NCBI GenBank assembly: GCA_025558095.1
Contig: JAIVFI010000017.1
Location: 124,001-188,000, forward strand
Origin: Hyaloraphidium curvatum SAG 235-1
Taxonomy: Eukaryota > Fungi > Monoblepharomycota
Reading direction: 5' to 3'
Length of the DNA stretch: 64,000 nucleotides
Shown: positions 61,434 through 64,000 of the stretch, piece after piece
Numbering within the stretch: the stretch's first letter is position 1
Layout: the number at the start of each line of letters is the position of its first letter
Program-made: the position numbers and the translations under genes
Notes under the pieces: generated by a model
What the model was told of the DNA's origin: nothing
Seen by the model: the letters and a program-made list of their open reading frames with translations, nothing else
Database searches by the model: none

Positions 61434-62624
61434 ATGCGGCGCTTCGGCTTCCTAGTCCCTCTCCTGCTCCTCGGCATATGCTCAGCCGCCCCTGCGTCAG
61501 CAAACGGCGTCAGCGTCGTCAATTTCGTCGGCGCGAACGGCGCCTTGCCGTCGGCATCCCCCAATTGCTACCCGGCCCGCCTCACCTGGAACCGCGTCGC
61601 GACCTGCTACGGCGCGACTTACGTCGGCGGCCCGACCGGATACGGTGCCGTGTACGCGACCGACGGCGACGGAAGCAACCTGCGAGTCATCTTCTCCTTT
61701 GATGTCTTCACCGGCCTGATGCCGAGCCAGTCCCCCGTCTTGGGGCCCGACGGGGCGACCGTCTACGGCACCACGAGCCAGGGAGGAAGCGCCGGCTCCG
61801 GAGTCATCTACTCCGTGAACGCGAAGACGGGGGCGCAAGCTATGATCGCTTCCTTCACCGGGCCGGGCGGATCAACGCCCCAGGGGCCGCCGATCGTCTA
61901 CAACGGAAAGTTGTACGGACTGGCAGGTCAGGGTGGAGCCAACGGCTACGGCATCATCTATTCTCTTCCTCTCTCGGGCGGACAAATCAACGTCTTGCAC
62001 AACTTCAAGGGCGGTTCCAACGACACGGCAACCTCGTTCGGTTCTCTGCTCTACAATCCAAAAGACAACCTGCTCTACGGGATGGGATTCACCGCCACCT
62101 CCGGCAACATAGGCGGCATCTTTTCCATCCGGCCCGACGGATCCAACTACCGTTTGCGTGCGAGATTTTCGGCGACGACCAGCGGCGCGGTCCAGATGGG
62201 AGGCTTTGCCCGCGCCCCGAACGGGCTGCTCTACGGCAACGGTTGGGTTGGAGGTGCCTACGGCAAGGGGGCTCTGTTCGCCTTCAACCCCGCCACCAAC
62301 GTCGTCAAGCCCGTGTTCAACTACAACACCACCACGGGAACCCAGCCGTACAACTCACCAGCCATTTCAACCAGCGGGAAATGGATCTTCGTGCTCACGT
62401 GGCAGGGCGGTGCACACGGGGACGGGACGATCCTCGCCGTCTCCCTCGACGGCAGGAAGTACGCAGTGCTCAAGAATTTCGAGCGGTCCGTCACGGGCGG
62501 GCAGTCGTCTGCCAATCCGACCCTGACCGTACAAGGGGACAGGCTGCTTGCGGCCATGAGCAATGGAGGCAGCTTCAACACGGGGACGCTCGTCAGCATG
62601 TGGCTTGCCCCGGAGTTCAGGTAG
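61434..62624 (+). CDS. secreted tandem-repeat beta-propeller protein, GloVer (Gloeobacter/Verrucomicrobia) repeat-like, intronless
   Basis: Signal peptide then about seven ~52-aa repeats of the type F.G..G..P..........LYG.T..GG..G.G.IY. Confidence 0.8.
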   Translation: MRRFGFLVPLLLLGICSAAPASANGVSVVNFVGANGALPSASPNCYPARLTWNRVATCYGATYVGGPTGYGAVYATDGDGSNLRVIFSFDVFTGLMPSQSPVLGPDGATVYGTTSQGGSAGSGVIYSVNAKTGAQAMIASFTGPGGSTPQGPPIVYNGKLYGLAGQGGANGYGIIYSLPLSGGQINVLHNFKGGSNDTATSFGSLLYNPKDNLLYGMGFTATSGNIGGIFSIRPDGSNYRLRARFSATTSGAVQMGGFARAPNGLLYGNGWVGGAYGKGALFAFNPATNVVKPVFNYNTTTGTQPYNSPAISTSGKWIFVLTWQGGAHGDGTILAVSLDGRKYAVLKNFERSVTGGQSSANPTLTVQGDRLLAAMSNGGSFNTGTLVSMWLAPEFR

Positions 62625-63020
62625 AGCCTTCCAGTGACTCTGCATGTAGCACCGCATATATTATCAGTAGAGCCTACGTCCTTTCCATTTTGCCAGATTA
62701 TGCAAAGAGATGCCTTCGTGATGCGCAGATGACAGATGGGATGACTGTGCCACGGTCGGCAACCAACGAGTTCAGGGGATCTCCGCAGTGTGAATGCATT
62801 CTGCTTTCTGTGTCTTGCCGAAAACTGGCAACGTGGTTAAATCGAATCAGCTGCCAGAGGCAGCTTTGGATTGCGCTTTGGGGAGCACTGGAAGCGCGAC
62901 TCGGCGGCCGTGGCAACGCATAGTGAGCGCGTGTCCCCCAGACATTCGCATCGTCGCGCCGCCTCCCGGAAGCGAGGGTTCCGTCCTTGTCACCATCTTT
63001 TGCCTGGTTCTCCCACCGCC

Positions 63021-64000
63021 ATGGCCGCCGCGGCGCCGCTCCGCACGGACAACATCATGGACGGCTCCGGCCGAAGCCGGTTCCGGTCGGCGAGCATCTC
63101 CGAGGCCTTCCGCGAGATCCCGCTCGTCGACTACTCGCTGCGCGACTCGGAGCCCGCCAAGTTCGACGCGCAGCTGCGCTACGCCCTCGCCGGCTGCGGC
63201 TTCATGCTGCTGGCAAACGTGCCGGGCTTCGACGAGGCGTACCAGCGCAGGGTGCTGGCCACCGGGAGGAGCTTCTTCGAGCTGCCGGACGATATGCAGC
63301 TGCACACAGACATCCGGCGGAGCAAGCACCTGCGCGGGAGCGCGCGCCAGGACCGCGTCAAGGACATCCGGCTCAACGCCAACCTGCAGGCCTTCCACTT
63401 CGGCCCCGAGCGGGCCGAAGAGACGGACCCGAACGCGCCGCTCTGGAAACGCGTGCTGAACGGGGCCAACCAGTGGCCGGATCCCGAGGTGCTTCCCGAG
63501 TTCCGGCCAACGATTCAGGAGTACCATGGACGCTGCGAGGCCCTCGGCCGCTCGCTCGGCAAGCTCATCTGCCGGATGCTGGGCGTGGAGGAGTCCTACT
63601 TCACCCGCTACTTCGACGAAGTGGACAAGACGGATCCCACCGGGACGTACTTTCTTTCCACTCTAAACTTCTACCCGCCCTACACCTCAATCCCGGAGGA
63701 GCGGCGGCAGGAGGTCGAGGAGGGCTACGTCCGCGGGACCAACGCTCACCGCGACGACCAGAGCTGGATTACGATGCTCATTCAGGATGAAGCAGGGCTC
63801 GAGGTGCTTTCGCACGACGGCGTTTGGGTCGACGTCCCGGTCGTGCCGGGGACGGTCGTCGTCAACATCGGCCTGGTGCTCGCCGATGCCACCGGCGGCG
63901 CGCTACAAGCGACCGTGCACCGCGTCAACAGCCTCAAGATCAAGAAGCCCAGGCTGACCGCTCCTTGTGGGTTGGACGCTCTGTCCACTTGGCAAGCACT
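63021..64000 (+). CDS. 2-oxoglutarate/Fe(II) oxygenase, IPNS-like (runs off window)
   Basis: IPLVDYS, GFMLL, FFELP, GANQWP, LNFYPP, HRD, ITMLIQD..GLEV, VVNIG, ATVHRV. Confidence 0.92.
   Translation, partial: MAAAAPLRTDNIMDGSGRSRFRSASISEAFREIPLVDYSLRDSEPAKFDAQLRYALAGCGFMLLANVPGFDEAYQRRVLATGRSFFELPDDMQLHTDIRRSKHLRGSARQDRVKDIRLNANLQAFHFGPERAEETDPNAPLWKRVLNGANQWPDPEVLPEFRPTIQEYHGRCEALGRSLGKLICRMLGVEESYFTRYFDEVDKTDPTGTYFLSTLNFYPPYTSIPEERRQEVEEGYVRGTNAHRDDQSWITMLIQDEAGLEVLSHDGVWVDVPVVPGTVVVNIGLVLADATGGALQATVHRVNSLKIKKPRLTAPCGLDALSTWQA

Noticed and set aside
62632-62645. CAGTGACTCTGCAT as a fourth, inverted copy of the 46-bp repeat
   Set aside because: Only 12/14 match and it does not extend

Overview
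Gene-dense, GC-rich eukaryotic nuclear DNA with short (~50-60 bp) spliceosomal introns. The gene set (VRG4, DUF2408, complex I 17.8-kDa-like subunit, Mei2, plus retained APC7) points to an early-diverging fungus; this taxonomy is inference. About 27 host genes are present: SWS2, BUD23, G3BP-like, DCC1, dolichol kinase, Rab11, SRP68, SVIP-like, RPS8, CCS1, Mei2, an internally shortened DOCK GEF, TFIP11, DmpA, APC7, a RING-H2 ligase, VRG4 and others. They are packed with very short or overlapping ends. One ~12.7 kb gene-free island (12166-24869) is made of nested insertions of a single LINE family, a PIF1-helicase (Helitron-like) fragment and a gag fragment. In both LINE copies that cover the junction, ORF1 and ORF2 are separated only by one in-frame TAG, with no ATG before the endonuclease motifs, suggesting readthrough. 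The right end (57.9-64 kb) holds bacterial-type genes (DUF2252, MBL hydrolase, secreted GloVer-repeat protein) next to a 2OG-Fe(II) oxygenase. Unexplained non-coding signals are a 46-bp hairpin repeat in three copies and a ~240-nt multi-helix structured RNA candidate at 53375-53615. All family calls come from recognising motifs by eye; no database searches were run, and exon boundaries of hypothetical genes are approximate.
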